Positions 32,580-41,873 of a stretch of 64,000 nt of DNA are shown here, one piece after another; the first letter of the stretch is position 1, and every line of letters begins with the position of its first letter. The DNA lies in the IMG/VR virus record IMGVR_UViG_3300028127_000003. The stretch is one strand, 5' to 3'. The notes under the pieces were generated by a model. It searched no databases. It was not told the DNA's origin and saw only the letters and a program-made list of their open reading frames with translations. The translations under genes and the position numbers were made by a program. Origin of the DNA: a virus.

Positions 32580-34342
32580 TATCCGTTAGCTATTTTTCTA
32601 AATTCTCTATTGAGAGCCTTTCTCTTATCTTTACCACCGTAGGCTGTTTCAATATAAGTTTGATTAACATCAACTCCTTCTTCAGGCTGTAAATAAAATC
32701 TACCTCTACCCATATTAAACATAGATTCAATATCCAGTTTATCTCTAGCTCTACCAGGCTTAAGAGTTATTTCTACTGTCATTCTTTCTGGAAAATCTTG
32801 TACACCCATACCTCCTTCAAAGGTAACGTTAGTTTCTCTACATGTTAAATTACCTACCATCATTATAGGATTTAAAGGATTACCAACCGTAAGGTGCCAT
32901 GAACCCGTAGGATCACCTGTTAATAAAGATGCTGCCGCCTGTCCACCTCCTGGAGAATTAAACATTTTCATTAAAGTACCTCCTAATATATTATTTAAGA
33001 ATTTAGAATCACCTTTACCAGACATCGCGTTTCCTATATCTTTGGCAACTCCTTTAAACATGTCTCCTAAACCAGATGCAACGCTTTTAATAAATCCACT
33101 ATAATTACCCGATTTAATTAAACTAAGATCACCCAATGGTTTACCAGCTGATCCGTTTCCTACATATCTAACTGATCCTCCCCAGAAAGGAGCCTGACTG
33201 GAAGTTAGTACCATTATGTTTGCTAACTGATCTAGCATTAAAACCTTAGGATTTGCTCCACCAAAGGATCTTAATTCATATTCAAATTTAAGTTTAAATT
33301 CTTGATTAAAAGTTAAACCTTGATCTCTAAAAGATACATCTTTAATTACATTCACCGGACCGAATATATGATTAGGATATGTAGTTGCTTGTGCATCATA
33401 TCCACTTCCTCCGTTTTTTCTTCTTTGTGCCGTTACACCATCTACACCTGCCGCTGCATTAGCCGCTGCAGTACCTATTACACTAGAATCTAAGAATTGT
33501 CCAAATGCACCTCTTCTGCTTGAGTTATTAGATTGTACAGTTTGCACTGAAGCTGATTCATCTTTCCAATTATATCCATGTGACCAATTAAGAATTGAGG
33601 ACATACTATTACCTGTAACTTCACTCATCCATGTTACTGCTCTTGCAATATCGGGTTGATCTGTTTCACGCACTTTACCATCTTTATCAATGTCCATTGG
33701 TGTAATAATATCATCCTGTACTGGATATGGAAATCTTCTTAAAGTTAGTAGATAATTATTAGGTATTTTACCATTATATCTACACATTGCAAAGTCGGCG
33801 TAATTATACATATATCCATATCCACTTGAACCGGCTGCATTATTTTTAGTAACTTCTACTATTTTAGAAACAGTAGGATTATCTAATGTTCTCTCGTCTA
33901 TTTTATTATATTCAATAGAGTCTACTCCTTTAGACTTAGCAGCTCCACCTGGTGTAAAGAAACTACCTCTATAATTTACTAGAGTATATTTATTAAAAGT
34001 AGAATATGCATGTACACCATCCGTTATTTTTTCTTTAGTGTCTTTTCCATCCTTTCCTCTTTTATAATATATTACTGAGTCAGCCTCTTGTGTATAATAT
34101 TGTGATTTTCCACCAGGAGCAACGTTACTTAAAGGCTCACCCACTAAAAGAGCTCTACTTCTTGTGTTAGGGTTATCAAACGTTCCGAGCAGTGTATTCT
34201 GAGGATCTACATTCGCAGAACGAGCACCCTTTCCGTCTGGGCTTGACAAATTAAAGAAGTTATCTACTTTATCTCCAAATCCTGAAACTGATGATTTTAA
34301 ACTGGAAGCGGCTCCCGCTGATACTAATCCAAATAATGGCAT
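32579..34342 (-). CDS. Possible baseplate-tail tube junction/tube initiator (gp48/gp54-like)
   Basis: FKLKFEYELRS and WHLTVGNP...NLTCRETNVTF...FPERMTVEITLK resemble the tube-initiator fold; adjacent to the gp53-like gene. Confidence 0.45.
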   Translation of the reverse strand: MPLFGLVSAGAASSLKSSVSGFGDKVDNFFNLSSPDGKGARSANVDPQNTLLGTFDNPNTRSRALLVGEPLSNVAPGGKSQYYTQEADSVIYYKRGKDGKDTKEKITDGVHAYSTFNKYTLVNYRGSFFTPGGAAKSKGVDSIEYNKIDERTLDNPTVSKIVEVTKNNAAGSSGYGYMYNYADFAMCRYNGKIPNNYLLTLRRFPYPVQDDIITPMDIDKDGKVRETDQPDIARAVTWMSEVTGNSMSSILNWSHGYNWKDESASVQTVQSNNSSRRGAFGQFLDSSVIGTAAANAAAGVDGVTAQRRKNGGSGYDAQATTYPNHIFGPVNVIKDVSFRDQGLTFNQEFKLKFEYELRSFGGANPKVLMLDQLANIMVLTSSQAPFWGGSVRYVGNGSAGKPLGDLSLIKSGNYSGFIKSVASGLGDMFKGVAKDIGNAMSGKGDSKFLNNILGGTLMKMFNSPGGGQAAASLLTGDPTGSWHLTVGNPLNPIMMVGNLTCRETNVTFEGGMGVQDFPERMTVEITLKPGRARDKLDIESMFNMGRGRFYLQPEEGVDVNQTYIETAYGGKDKRKALNREFRKIANG

Positions 34343-34370
34343 ATTGTAATATTATGTTTTTACTAGGTTT

Positions 34371-34378
34371 TATATATT
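34371..34378 (-). promoter_or_regulatory. Candidate late promoter RATATATA
   Basis: AATATATA 28 nt before ATG 34342, at the head of the baseplate block. Confidence 0.58.
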
Positions 34379-34968
34379 CACAATTCTATGTCATCCAGAT
34401 CGTCTGACTGTGGTCTATATAAAAGCTTATCATAATATTTATCCGTCTTTGGTTCTCTATCTCCTAAAAACTTCTTGAGATGGGCAGCATATACTCCCCT
34501 GGATTGATAATAATATTTGCCAGAAGAATATACACTTCTGCTTGAGAGTTCAAATATATCTTTAAAATTCTTTTCGATTAAGAAATCTTGTATATTATTA
34601 AATAGATCTATTACCTCTGTCTTGGTTTTAACACACATTACAGAATCAACTGAGATCATATAAGATTCCCATTTAGAATCTATTTGATTCTGAAAATCTT
34701 TCATAGATTTATAGTTCTTTCTAGTAAGACCGAATGTTGTAGTTCTATTATTAAAGTCTTTTGAAAACTTCATACCGAAGAGATATCTTTTTAAGAAATC
34801 TATGTTGTCATGAAACTTAGTAATTCTTATTTGATACCTTGGCATATCCTCGTCGAACTTAACGTCATGAATTATTCCATAAACGGGAAATACAATGTGA
34901 GAATGTCTAGTGTTGGATATAAGGGCATGTATTCTTTCACCCTTTGAAAATAACTTATGCCTTATCAT
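34378..34968 (-). CDS. Hypothetical protein
   Basis: 196-aa ORF, same strand, abutting neighbours. Confidence 0.6.
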   Translation of the reverse strand: MIRHKLFSKGERIHALISNTRHSHIVFPVYGIIHDVKFDEDMPRYQIRITKFHDNIDFLKRYLFGMKFSKDFNNRTTTFGLTRKNYKSMKDFQNQIDSKWESYMISVDSVMCVKTKTEVIDLFNNIQDFLIEKNFKDIFELSSRSVYSSGKYYYQSRGVYAAHLKKFLGDREPKTDKYYDKLLYRPQSDDLDDIEL

Positions 34969-35369
34969 TATAGATCGATTATCTTGACGCTTTCGAATCT
35001 TTTAAGAACGCCTTTAGGATAATCATCTCTGTTAATGACTGTTAAGTTTAGTGATGCATCAGGTTCTATTGTTTCTTTTAAAAATAATTTAAAGTTGTCA
35101 ATAGTTTCTGCATCTAAATTTTTAAATAAGTAAATGATTTTTTCTAAGTCGGCATTCTTATTTAGAACATTAATGAAAGAATCTCTTATTGCAAGACCAA
35201 TTACAGAGCGATGTGGTTCAGTGTCATAGGGATCTGATTTAACTAGCTTATTTCTAATGCTATAGAAATCTATAACCGTTTCTCCTGGGTTGTTTCTACA
35301 GAATTTATTAAATTCCTTTCTACTATTACACCATACACATTCTATTGTAATTTCAGTCGTTGTTGTCAT
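34968..35369 (-). CDS. Hypothetical protein
   Basis: 133-aa ORF overlapping neighbours by 1-4 nt. Confidence 0.6.
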   Translation of the reverse strand: MTTTTEITIECVWCNSRKEFNKFCRNNPGETVIDFYSIRNKLVKSDPYDTEPHRSVIGLAIRDSFINVLNKNADLEKIIYLFKNLDAETIDNFKLFLKETIEPDASLNLTVINRDDYPKGVLKRFESVKIIDL

Positions 35370-35680
35370 CTTATCAATTTCTCCAATTCTTTAATTTTAG
35401 TTTGTAAAGTTTGGATTTTATGTTTTGTTTCGATGGTAGAGGGACTGTAATTAGTTCCCCATTCAGTGACCACCTTTATTTGATTAGATTGTTTTGAATT
35501 ACCAAAATCTAATCCGACATCGATACAGATATCTCTGATAAAATTTAATCTATCATCGATACCTTTATCAAAATCATAGACAATAACTGACTCGTATTTC
35601 TCACCAGCCGCATTGATGTTATCATCTGTTACGGTTTTAATTACACCGTTATCTGCTATCTTAAGAGTTATCTCCTGCAT
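35366..35680 (-). CDS. Hypothetical protein
   Basis: 104-aa ORF in a coupled run. Confidence 0.6.
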   Translation of the reverse strand: MQEITLKIADNGVIKTVTDDNINAAGEKYESVIVYDFDKGIDDRLNFIRDICIDVGLDFGNSKQSNQIKVVTEWGTNYSPSTIETKHKIQTLQTKIKELEKLIR

Positions 35681-36047
35681 TTAGTCTTTCTTCTAGGGAT
35701 TGTTGAACTTTCTTGTATATTTTCCTAGCCGCTTTTCTATCAGCTCTATAAGTTTCTTTATCTTTGATTGTAGTCATTGCGAAGGCTTCTTCTAATAAAT
35801 CAATCTCTTCTTTATTATAACCCACCTTAGTCCATGTTTCCTTTAATGAATTAAGCTTTGAACCTAACTGCTCTTCAATTTGGTCATTGACTTTTTTCTC
35901 ATGAGCCTCTTGGAATTGTTTTCCTTCCTCCTGTTTCATGGCGTACCACGCTATTCCTTTTTCAGAGAATCTTCCCCATTCGTTTTTAGCTTTTAATAAC
36001 CCAGCTCTTTTATAGGTGTCTCTTCTGTATTTTCTTGCTTGACTCAT
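35661..36047 (-). CDS. Hypothetical basic helical protein
   Basis: 128-aa ORF in a coupled run. Confidence 0.6.
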   Translation of the reverse strand: MSQARKYRRDTYKRAGLLKAKNEWGRFSEKGIAWYAMKQEEGKQFQEAHEKKVNDQIEEQLGSKLNSLKETWTKVGYNKEEIDLLEEAFAMTTIKDKETYRADRKAARKIYKKVQQSLEERLNAGDNS

Positions 36048-36562
36048 AGTTTATAATAATTAGTTACAAATTCAGTTATTTGTTCGTTTAAAAATTCTTG
36101 TAGGTTATTTATCTCTATTTGAGAAACAGCTGATTTAGAGATCTCTTCTAAGATTTGTTCTTTTTCTTCTTCAGAGTTTTCAACTAGCATGTTAAATATT
36201 TCTTTCTTAGGAAGATTAATTCCTACGCTTAATTGAAATGATTCGACATTCTTAGCAGATAAAGTTTTAATTAATTGACCAAGGGGAGAAGTATTTTCTT
36301 TAACTTCTACCTTTTTTTCAATTTCTTTAACGGGAGCTTTTTTAGGCGTAGGTGTAGTTCCTACAAGCTCGACTCCAGGAAATGGTAATCCTTCAGTAGT
36401 TATTAGTTCTAAAAACTCAGGTAATACTTTGTTGAATATTTTAGATCCATCTTTAAAGTAAGTAAATTCAGAATCTTTAGATTCTACCTCAACCACTTTA
36501 CCAAAATTATCTCCCTTTTTCCACTGATATTTTACAATATCTTTTTCTTCAGTTGTTTGCAT
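36044..36562 (-). CDS. Hypothetical protein
   Basis: 172-aa ORF directly downstream of the promoter motif at 36581. Confidence 0.65.
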   Translation of the reverse strand: MQTTEEKDIVKYQWKKGDNFGKVVEVESKDSEFTYFKDGSKIFNKVLPEFLELITTEGLPFPGVELVGTTPTPKKAPVKEIEKKVEVKENTSPLGQLIKTLSAKNVESFQLSVGINLPKKEIFNMLVENSEEEKEQILEEISKSAVSQIEINNLQEFLNEQITEFVTNYYKL

Positions 36563-36580
36563 GATTTAACCTATTTTATT

Positions 36581-36607
36581 ATTATACACCTAAACTTAGA
36601 AAAGTTT
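36581..36607 (-). promoter_or_regulatory. Bipartite promoter motif AAACWWTT-N13-TATARY
   Basis: AAACTTTT-CTAAGTTTAGGTG-TATAAT, upstream of ATG 36562. Confidence 0.7.
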
Positions 36608-36811
36608 AAGCTGTGGTATAATATAGAAGGTATTAGATTCTCCTTCTTGATAGAACTTTATAAAGTCGTTTATAAAGGCATGGGATGTAGATGGTCCTAT
36701 CATTGCCTCTGTCTTTTTAATATACCTTCTAAAAAACTCATGGCTTCCATGTTCTTTTAAATAGTCTTCTAGGCGGTTTACTTCTGGTAAGTTTATTTTA
36801 TTAATGCTCAT
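36596..36811 (-). CDS. Hypothetical protein
   Basis: 71-aa ORF overlapping the end of the dCMP deaminase gene. Confidence 0.5.
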   Translation of the reverse strand: MSINKINLPEVNRLEDYLKEHGSHEFFRRYIKKTEAMIGPSTSHAFINDFIKFYQEGESNTFYIIPQLKLF

Positions 36812-37307
36812 TCCATACGATTACTTGTTCAACAATAATTCCTGCCTTTTTTAATAAAGAAATACCTGACAGATCTCTATATCCTTCACAGTAGAATACT
36901 TTTTCTACACCAGCTTGTATAATTAACTTAGCGCATTCAAAGCATGGAGAAGTAGTAGTATATAGGATCGATCCTTTCGAAGTAAGTGTAGATTTTGAAA
37001 TCTTCATTAGTGCATTTGATTCTGCATGTAAGACTTCTTGTTTAGTAACTTGTTTAGAACAACAAGTATCTTCACATTCATATCCTTTTTCTATTAAAAT
37101 TTCTTTGTGATCAGGATTATCTATATTTCTAGTTTGAGTTTCTTCACATTGATTATCAAAACCATGTGGAGTTCCATTATATCCAAATGAAACAATCTGC
37201 TCGTCTTTAACTACTATACAGCCGACTTTCCTTCTCTCAGCATAACTAAGTTTAGAAATTTGATATGCTATTTGCATGTATATTACGTCTACTGAAATTC
37301 TTGGCAT
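36801..37307 (-). CDS. dCMP deaminase (ComEB/dCMP deaminase family)
   Basis: KVGCIVVKD..IVSFGYNGTP, HAESNAL, PCFECAKLIIQAG zinc-deaminase motifs. Confidence 0.92.
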   Translation of the reverse strand: MPRISVDVIYMQIAYQISKLSYAERRKVGCIVVKDEQIVSFGYNGTPHGFDNQCEETQTRNIDNPDHKEILIEKGYECEDTCCSKQVTKQEVLHAESNALMKISKSTLTSKGSILYTTTSPCFECAKLIIQAGVEKVFYCEGYRDLSGISLLKKAGIIVEQVIVWNEH

Positions 37308-37320
37308 ATTACTTTATAAA

Positions 37321-37355
37321 TAAAAAGGGTCCATGTATTATACATGAACCCTTTA
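37321..37355 (-). terminator. Intrinsic terminator after the acidic protein, overlapping a promoter motif
   Basis: AAAGGGTTCATGTA-TAA-TACATGGACCCTTT then TTATTT; 14-bp stem with one G-U pair. Confidence 0.75.
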
Positions 37356-37363
37356 AAAAGTTT
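37337..37363 (-). promoter_or_regulatory. Bipartite promoter motif AAACWWTT-N13-TATARY
   Basis: AAACTTTT-TAAAGGGTTCATG-TATAAT, upstream of dCMP deaminase. Confidence 0.7.
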
Positions 37364-37381
37364 ATATTGTTAATTTTAATA

Positions 37382-38407
37382 TTAAGCTTCTGGAGTTTCC
37401 TCACCAACAGCTGAATCAGATTCTTTCATCTCATTCACTTTCTTAGAATATGCTTCGATCATTTCATTACATGCAGCTTCATAAGCTTCAACTGAATAAT
37501 CTTCTTTCATTTCTTTAAGGCATTGAGCAGCCATTCCGCCAACTAATGCAGCATTTTCTTTCATATAAGTTTCAACAGTATGCTCATCATGTGCATCGTC
37601 TTCCCATGCTTTAGCTTCATTTTTACAAGATTCGTAAACCTCTTTTAACATATCAGAAACTAGTGCTGTTTCTTCCTCTTCTTCAGCAACCTCTTCAGTT
37701 TCTTCTTCAGCAACTTCTTTAGTTTCTTCTTCAGCAACAACTTCTTCAGTTTCTTCTTCAGCAACTTCTTCAGTTTCTTCAGCTTCAGAAATTTCTTCAT
37801 TTCCAGCAGCATCAACAGTGTCTTCTAATTCAGCTTCTAATTCGTCTGATTTGTCTTCAGGAGTTTCACAGTCATTATCAACTACTTCAGTTTCATCTTT
37901 TAAATCTTCAGCAGGTAAACCAGCTTCTTCACCAGATTCAGTTACTGCTTCGATGTTTTCAACTATTTCATCTTCGATTACTTCTTCAGATTCTTTAATA
38001 CCTAAGAAATCGGCAGCAGCTGCCTTTAATTCGTCATAAGTATATTTGCCTGCTAGAGCGTCATCAAGAATTGTTCCTCCTTTTTTACCAATCGCGTATA
38101 ATGATACGTGATCAAATCCTAACCAAGGTCCAACGAATTCGTCTGATGCTTTTAAACCTAAATCAACGGATAGTGTCCATGATAAAGATCTTCTTCCTAG
38201 GAATTGGTCATTGTAACCTAATTTTCCAGCTTTAATATAACCGGATGCGTTTACTGCTTCTTCTATAGCATCACCGTTTCCTTGAACTTCTTCCGCTTTT
38301 TCTTCAGATTGTTCAACTGGCTCAGCTGTTGCAACTACGTCTTGTTGCACCTCCTCAGTTCTATCCATCTCAGATAAAAACTGTTCAAATGATTTTAATT
38401 TTGCCAT
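37382..38407 (-). CDS. Highly acidic protein with capsid-targeting-like N-terminus (prohead core/internal protein candidate)
   Basis: MAKLKSFEQFLSE start; Glu-rich repeats EEETEEVA; late-type motif upstream, terminator downstream. Confidence 0.6.
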   Translation of the reverse strand: MAKLKSFEQFLSEMDRTEEVQQDVVATAEPVEQSEEKAEEVQGNGDAIEEAVNASGYIKAGKLGYNDQFLGRRSLSWTLSVDLGLKASDEFVGPWLGFDHVSLYAIGKKGGTILDDALAGKYTYDELKAAAADFLGIKESEEVIEDEIVENIEAVTESGEEAGLPAEDLKDETEVVDNDCETPEDKSDELEAELEDTVDAAGNEEISEAEETEEVAEEETEEVVAEEETKEVAEEETEEVAEEEEETALVSDMLKEVYESCKNEAKAWEDDAHDEHTVETYMKENAALVGGMAAQCLKEMKEDYSVEAYEAACNEMIEAYSKKVNEMKESDSAVGEETPEA

Positions 38408-38447
38408 AATTTTTTATTTTATTTGTTTTATTGTATTAATTACTATC

Positions 38448-38455
38448 TATATATC
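38448..38455 (-). promoter_or_regulatory. Candidate late promoter RATATATA
   Basis: GATATATA 40 nt before ATG 38407. Confidence 0.55.
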
Positions 38456-38460
38456 CCTTT

Positions 38461-38943
38461 TTATAGGGTTTTAATCTTATTTTGTTTCATCCAGGCTTCT
38501 AGCTCTTTAACTGCTCTATCGAATACCCTGTTTCTATCAATTTTTAATTCAAATGAATTAAAGTAATTTTTCATCATATAATACGCAGGTTCTACGCTTT
38601 CATCATTCGCTGCTAGATCTTCTACGTGTTTAGAAACTTCATACGCATAATATGCAGATTTTTCAGCCATAGGGTTTGTCATTGCTTGATAGAATTGTCC
38701 ACCATAGAATTTACCTACTATGTCTCCGAATTTTTCTTTCATTTCTATCCATGAAATTCCTTCTAATCCAATCCATAATTTGGCTTGAACAGATTTCGTA
38801 TCTTTTCTAATAAAACCGGCCTTAGCCATTTCTTTAGATATATCTTTAATTTTCTTAGGAATTGGTAATTTACCAAACTCTTTTTCCCATGTAGAAATTT
38901 CTTTGTCGTTTACAAAGGATTCAAATAGCTTTATGTGTTTCAT
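38461..38943 (-). CDS. Hypothetical protein with capsid-targeting-like N-terminus
   Basis: Starts MKHIKLFESFVND. Confidence 0.6.
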   Translation of the reverse strand: MKHIKLFESFVNDKEISTWEKEFGKLPIPKKIKDISKEMAKAGFIRKDTKSVQAKLWIGLEGISWIEMKEKFGDIVGKFYGGQFYQAMTNPMAEKSAYYAYEVSKHVEDLAANDESVEPAYYMMKNYFNSFELKIDRNRVFDRAVKELEAWMKQNKIKTL

Positions 38944-39284
38944 TTTTTAGTTATTTGTATTTTCAAAGAAGAAGTACCCTGTATAATTCTATGATACTCT
39001 CCTGCATTTACTTCTATATATCCTTTTAATTCTATAGGGAGCTTATTATCATATTGGAACTTCCAATCATTTTCGTTTAAAGCTTCGATAACCCTGTCCT
39101 CCTCGTCGAAGTGCCATTTAAAAAGATGTTCAGGTTGGTTTGGTAAGAATTCTCTAATGATTATATTTTTTGAAACAGTCGTCTCCGTAAAGGGTAATGT
39201 TTTATCATCGACCATGGATATCATTTCTTCCATGGACATTTCTCCACAACCGCAACTTTTACATTTACAATCTTTATCTACCAT
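38940..39284 (-). CDS. Small cupin-like phage protein
   Basis: WHFDEEDR...WKFQYDN..P...GEYHRII two-His cupin-like pattern; true start may be a downstream Met. Confidence 0.55.
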   Translation of the reverse strand: MVDKDCKCKSCGCGEMSMEEMISMVDDKTLPFTETTVSKNIIIREFLPNQPEHLFKWHFDEEDRVIEALNENDWKFQYDNKLPIELKGYIEVNAGEYHRIIQGTSSLKIQITKK

Positions 39285-39817
39285 GGTTGATCACTTTTTA
39301 TACCAAGCTGTTTTCCAAAAAGAGTAGGTCCGTAACATGCCCAAAATCCCGCCTTAGTCGGATCCATCTTAGCCATTTTATCACAACCGTGTCTAGCCCA
39401 AAAGTTAGCTGCTCTTCCCGGGTCGTCGTTCTTAATAGTAGATGAAGGATCTCCCCATTCTAATTTCTTAGCAATGATGTTTCCTTCTTTATCAGTTCTT
39501 CCACTATTTCTGTAAACTATGAATTTCTTATTTCCACCCCTTGTTGGTGAATCTAATTTTACATTCTTTTGATTTCCTCCTCTAGGTTTATAGACTGCTT
39601 TAGTTCCTACTTCTAGATTTTTAGCCATCCATCCTGAAGGACCCTTTAAGATAATATTGTTTTTATCCCAATATTGCTTTACTTCTTCAAATAATTCAAT
39701 ATATGCATCGCTTCCTAAACGAAAGAATGAATTAGTAAGATCTAATCCTTCTTCAATGTGAGCTTTTAATTCGGGGGAAACTTCGTTCCAATCTTCAAAT
39801 GTCTTTATAAACTTCAT
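39278..39817 (-). CDS. Capsid-targeting-like N-terminus plus basic C-terminal domain seen in T4-like phage hypotheticals
   Basis: MKFIKTFEDWNE start; C-terminal WGDP...RAANFWARHGC...AGFWAC. Confidence 0.6.
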   Translation of the reverse strand: MKFIKTFEDWNEVSPELKAHIEEGLDLTNSFFRLGSDAYIELFEEVKQYWDKNNIILKGPSGWMAKNLEVGTKAVYKPRGGNQKNVKLDSPTRGGNKKFIVYRNSGRTDKEGNIIAKKLEWGDPSSTIKNDDPGRAANFWARHGCDKMAKMDPTKAGFWACYGPTLFGKQLGIKSDQPW

Positions 39818-39821
39818 AACT

Positions 39822-39829
39822 TATATATC
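39822..39829 (-). promoter_or_regulatory. Candidate late promoter RATATATA (leaderless spacing)
   Basis: GATATATA 4 nt before ATG 39817. Confidence 0.55.
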
Positions 39830-40761
39830 TATGATAGAACGAGCTCCTTTAAAAACTCCTGCTTGTATCGCTGTAGGGCAAGTTCTTTCGCCTTTGCTTC
39901 GAGTTCGATATCTAGATCCATACCATACGTTTCAATGTGATCATATACATAATCAGCATGTGCACGTTTATTGCCTTGTGTAGCATCTTCGTGTATTTGT
40001 TTACATGAAGAATAGTGGCATAGTTGGCGAATTCCTTTAGGCCATGATTTAGCTGCAAGTTCTAGAGCTTCTTTTTCTGGCATTGAATCTTCGTAGCACC
40101 AGTGATGATGATAGTCAAATGTGATTGGAGTTTTACCCGTTAATAGATGTATGTCATATAAATCCTGTACCGAATACTGTGCTGTTTTGTCATCGTTTTC
40201 GATAACTAGACGATTCGCTGCACCTGGAGTAAGTCGCTTGAAATTTTCAGCAAATCTTTTCTTAGTAGCTTCTTTATCGTCGTAGGTTCCGCCGATGTGA
40301 ATATTGATAGCAGCATAAGGAGTTTGTGGTAAATCTAGCATATCCATTATTTCGCCGTGTTGACGTAAATCTTTAAGGGCTTTGATAACTACCTTTTCAT
40401 TCGGAGAAGCAAGAACATTGAAAGGACCTGGATGGAATGTCAATCTTTGGCCATATTGTTTAGCAAGTTTACCTGCACCTTTCATTAGATTACACACTTT
40501 GTCATAATCAGGAAGTTCAGATAATTCGTATTCCGACATCCATGGAAATAGATTACTTGACATACGATACATTGTTATGTCGTTCTTGTAATTCCACTTG
40601 ATAATTTCTATCATGTCCTTGATATTTAACACTGCAAGTTCTGATGCGTATTTAATACCTTTTTCCATGAAGGTTCTTTTAATCATTTTTCTACCAACAT
40701 ATATGTTCGATTCTTTTTTAAGAGTCATGTTGATACAACAATATCCGTAGTCTGCTGCCAT
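39829..40761 (-). CDS. uvsE: UV damage endonuclease UvsE/UvdE
   Basis: GYCCIN, YRMSSNLFPW, HPGPFNVLASP, INIHIGG, LVIENDD, FDYHHH, HADY, EAKAKE. Confidence 0.93.
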   Translation of the reverse strand: MAADYGYCCINMTLKKESNIYVGRKMIKRTFMEKGIKYASELAVLNIKDMIEIIKWNYKNDITMYRMSSNLFPWMSEYELSELPDYDKVCNLMKGAGKLAKQYGQRLTFHPGPFNVLASPNEKVVIKALKDLRQHGEIMDMLDLPQTPYAAINIHIGGTYDDKEATKKRFAENFKRLTPGAANRLVIENDDKTAQYSVQDLYDIHLLTGKTPITFDYHHHWCYEDSMPEKEALELAAKSWPKGIRQLCHYSSCKQIHEDATQGNKRAHADYVYDHIETYGMDLDIELEAKAKELALQRYKQEFLKELVLS

Positions 40762-40771
40762 ATATTTTATA

Positions 40772-41014
40772 TTAAGAGTTTGTATTAAGTTTCTTTTTTA
40801 CTTCTTTGACCGTTCGTTCGGCCATGCATGCTTCTTCTAACGTAAATACATCGAAATCCATAAAAAGTAATCGGTCTTCAGTCTGAACAAACAGATTGTC
40901 ACCAATTACTTCATATCCATTTTGTCTGTATACTACACTGTCTTCTATTCGTACGACATGAGTCGTGCCTTCGATTCTAGCAATGCGTTCATACATTGAA
41001 ATCATTAGTCCCAT
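40772..41014 (-). CDS. Hypothetical protein
   Basis: 80-aa ORF; exact start uncertain. Confidence 0.55.
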   Translation of the reverse strand: MGLMISMYERIARIEGTTHVVRIEDSVVYRQNGYEVIGDNLFVQTEDRLLFMDFDVFTLEEACMAERTVKEVKKKLNTNS

Positions 41015-41418
41015 TGCTTTTCAAATTCGTACCAATGATCTGTTTCTGCACAACACTTGAGTCCGTCGACAATAAGCATATCAATTTCAGAAGCGGAGAG
41101 AGTGTCGAACCATGCGCTAATGATACCTTCTAAAAGAGGAAGAGTTTCCTCAGATGTCATTGAATTGCGACCCATGTTAGAATAAATGTATTCTTCCTGT
41201 GCTTGTCTAACAATTGCTCCACCAATTCTAATTGCTACATCACCGTTATCGTTAAATCGCCTTCCTGAAAAGTATTCGCCATCTCCGAACTTTTCGAAAA
41301 TATCCTTTTCTGGATGTCTCATTTTAAAGATTCCAATTTGAGTAGTGAGATGTGGGATAATAGATTTTGCAGGTTCATACCAACTAATTCCGTTTGCTTT
41401 GATTGATTCTAAGTTCAT
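41005..41418 (-). CDS. Hypothetical protein
   Basis: 137-aa ORF downstream of repeat copy 1. Confidence 0.65.
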   Translation of the reverse strand: MNLESIKANGISWYEPAKSIIPHLTTQIGIFKMRHPEKDIFEKFGDGEYFSGRRFNDNGDVAIRIGGAIVRQAQEEYIYSNMGRNSMTSEETLPLLEGIISAWFDTLSASEIDMLIVDGLKCCAETDHWYEFEKQWD

Positions 41419-41437
41419 GTGTTTGTTTTAATTATTA

Positions 41438-41496
41438 ATTACTATACTAATATAAGCAAAATACTTGAGATAAAAAAACATTTTACTGTTTATTTT
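41438..41496 (-). repeat. Dispersed ~65-bp intergenic repeat, copy 1 (candidate early promoter)
   Basis: Shares AAATAAACAG..AAA..TTTTTTTATCTCA....TTTTGCTTATATTAGTATAGTAAT with copies 2 and 3. Confidence 0.8.
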
Positions 41497-41633
41497 TAAT
41501 CTTCTTTATTTTTATGCTTATTCTTTCTTCGATACTTTTTCTTGTTTCTCACAGGAGTAGGCATACGAAGGGCATCAAGCCACTCTTGTAATGTTAAATT
41601 TACTTCTTTTAATTTCTTACCCTTGTTTTCCAT
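41496..41633 (-). CDS. 45-aa basic protein, ArfA-like (not in ORF track)
   Basis: Manual translation MENKGKKLKEVNLTLQEWLDALRMPTPVRNKKKYRRKNKHKNKED*; its ATG overlaps the upstream stop (TAATG). Confidence 0.6.
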   Translation of the reverse strand: MENKGKKLKEVNLTLQEWLDALRMPTPVRNKKKYRRKNKHKNKED

Positions 41634-41857
41634 TACCTTTCTAAGATTACAAAATCTCCAAACGCTTCGTCAAATACCTTAATAAGATTTTCATAGTCTC
41701 CTCCTGTCATTTGAGAATAAAGAGTTTCCCAATCCTTTCCAAGATCTTTTGAAAAACTTTTTGCGTAGGCTAATAGCATGAAGGCATTTCCTTCAGGACC
41801 CGTTAAGTCGATTATTACAGGATTTGATTGATGTTTGTGAAGTTTTTTTCTGATCAT
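41633..41857 (-). CDS. Hypothetical phage protein
   Basis: 74 aa, IDLTGPEGNAFMLL...MTGGDYENL; downstream of repeat copy 2. Confidence 0.65.
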   Translation of the reverse strand: MIRKKLHKHQSNPVIIDLTGPEGNAFMLLAYAKSFSKDLGKDWETLYSQMTGGDYENLIKVFDEAFGDFVILER

Positions 41858-41873
41858 TATTATTGCTTGATTG

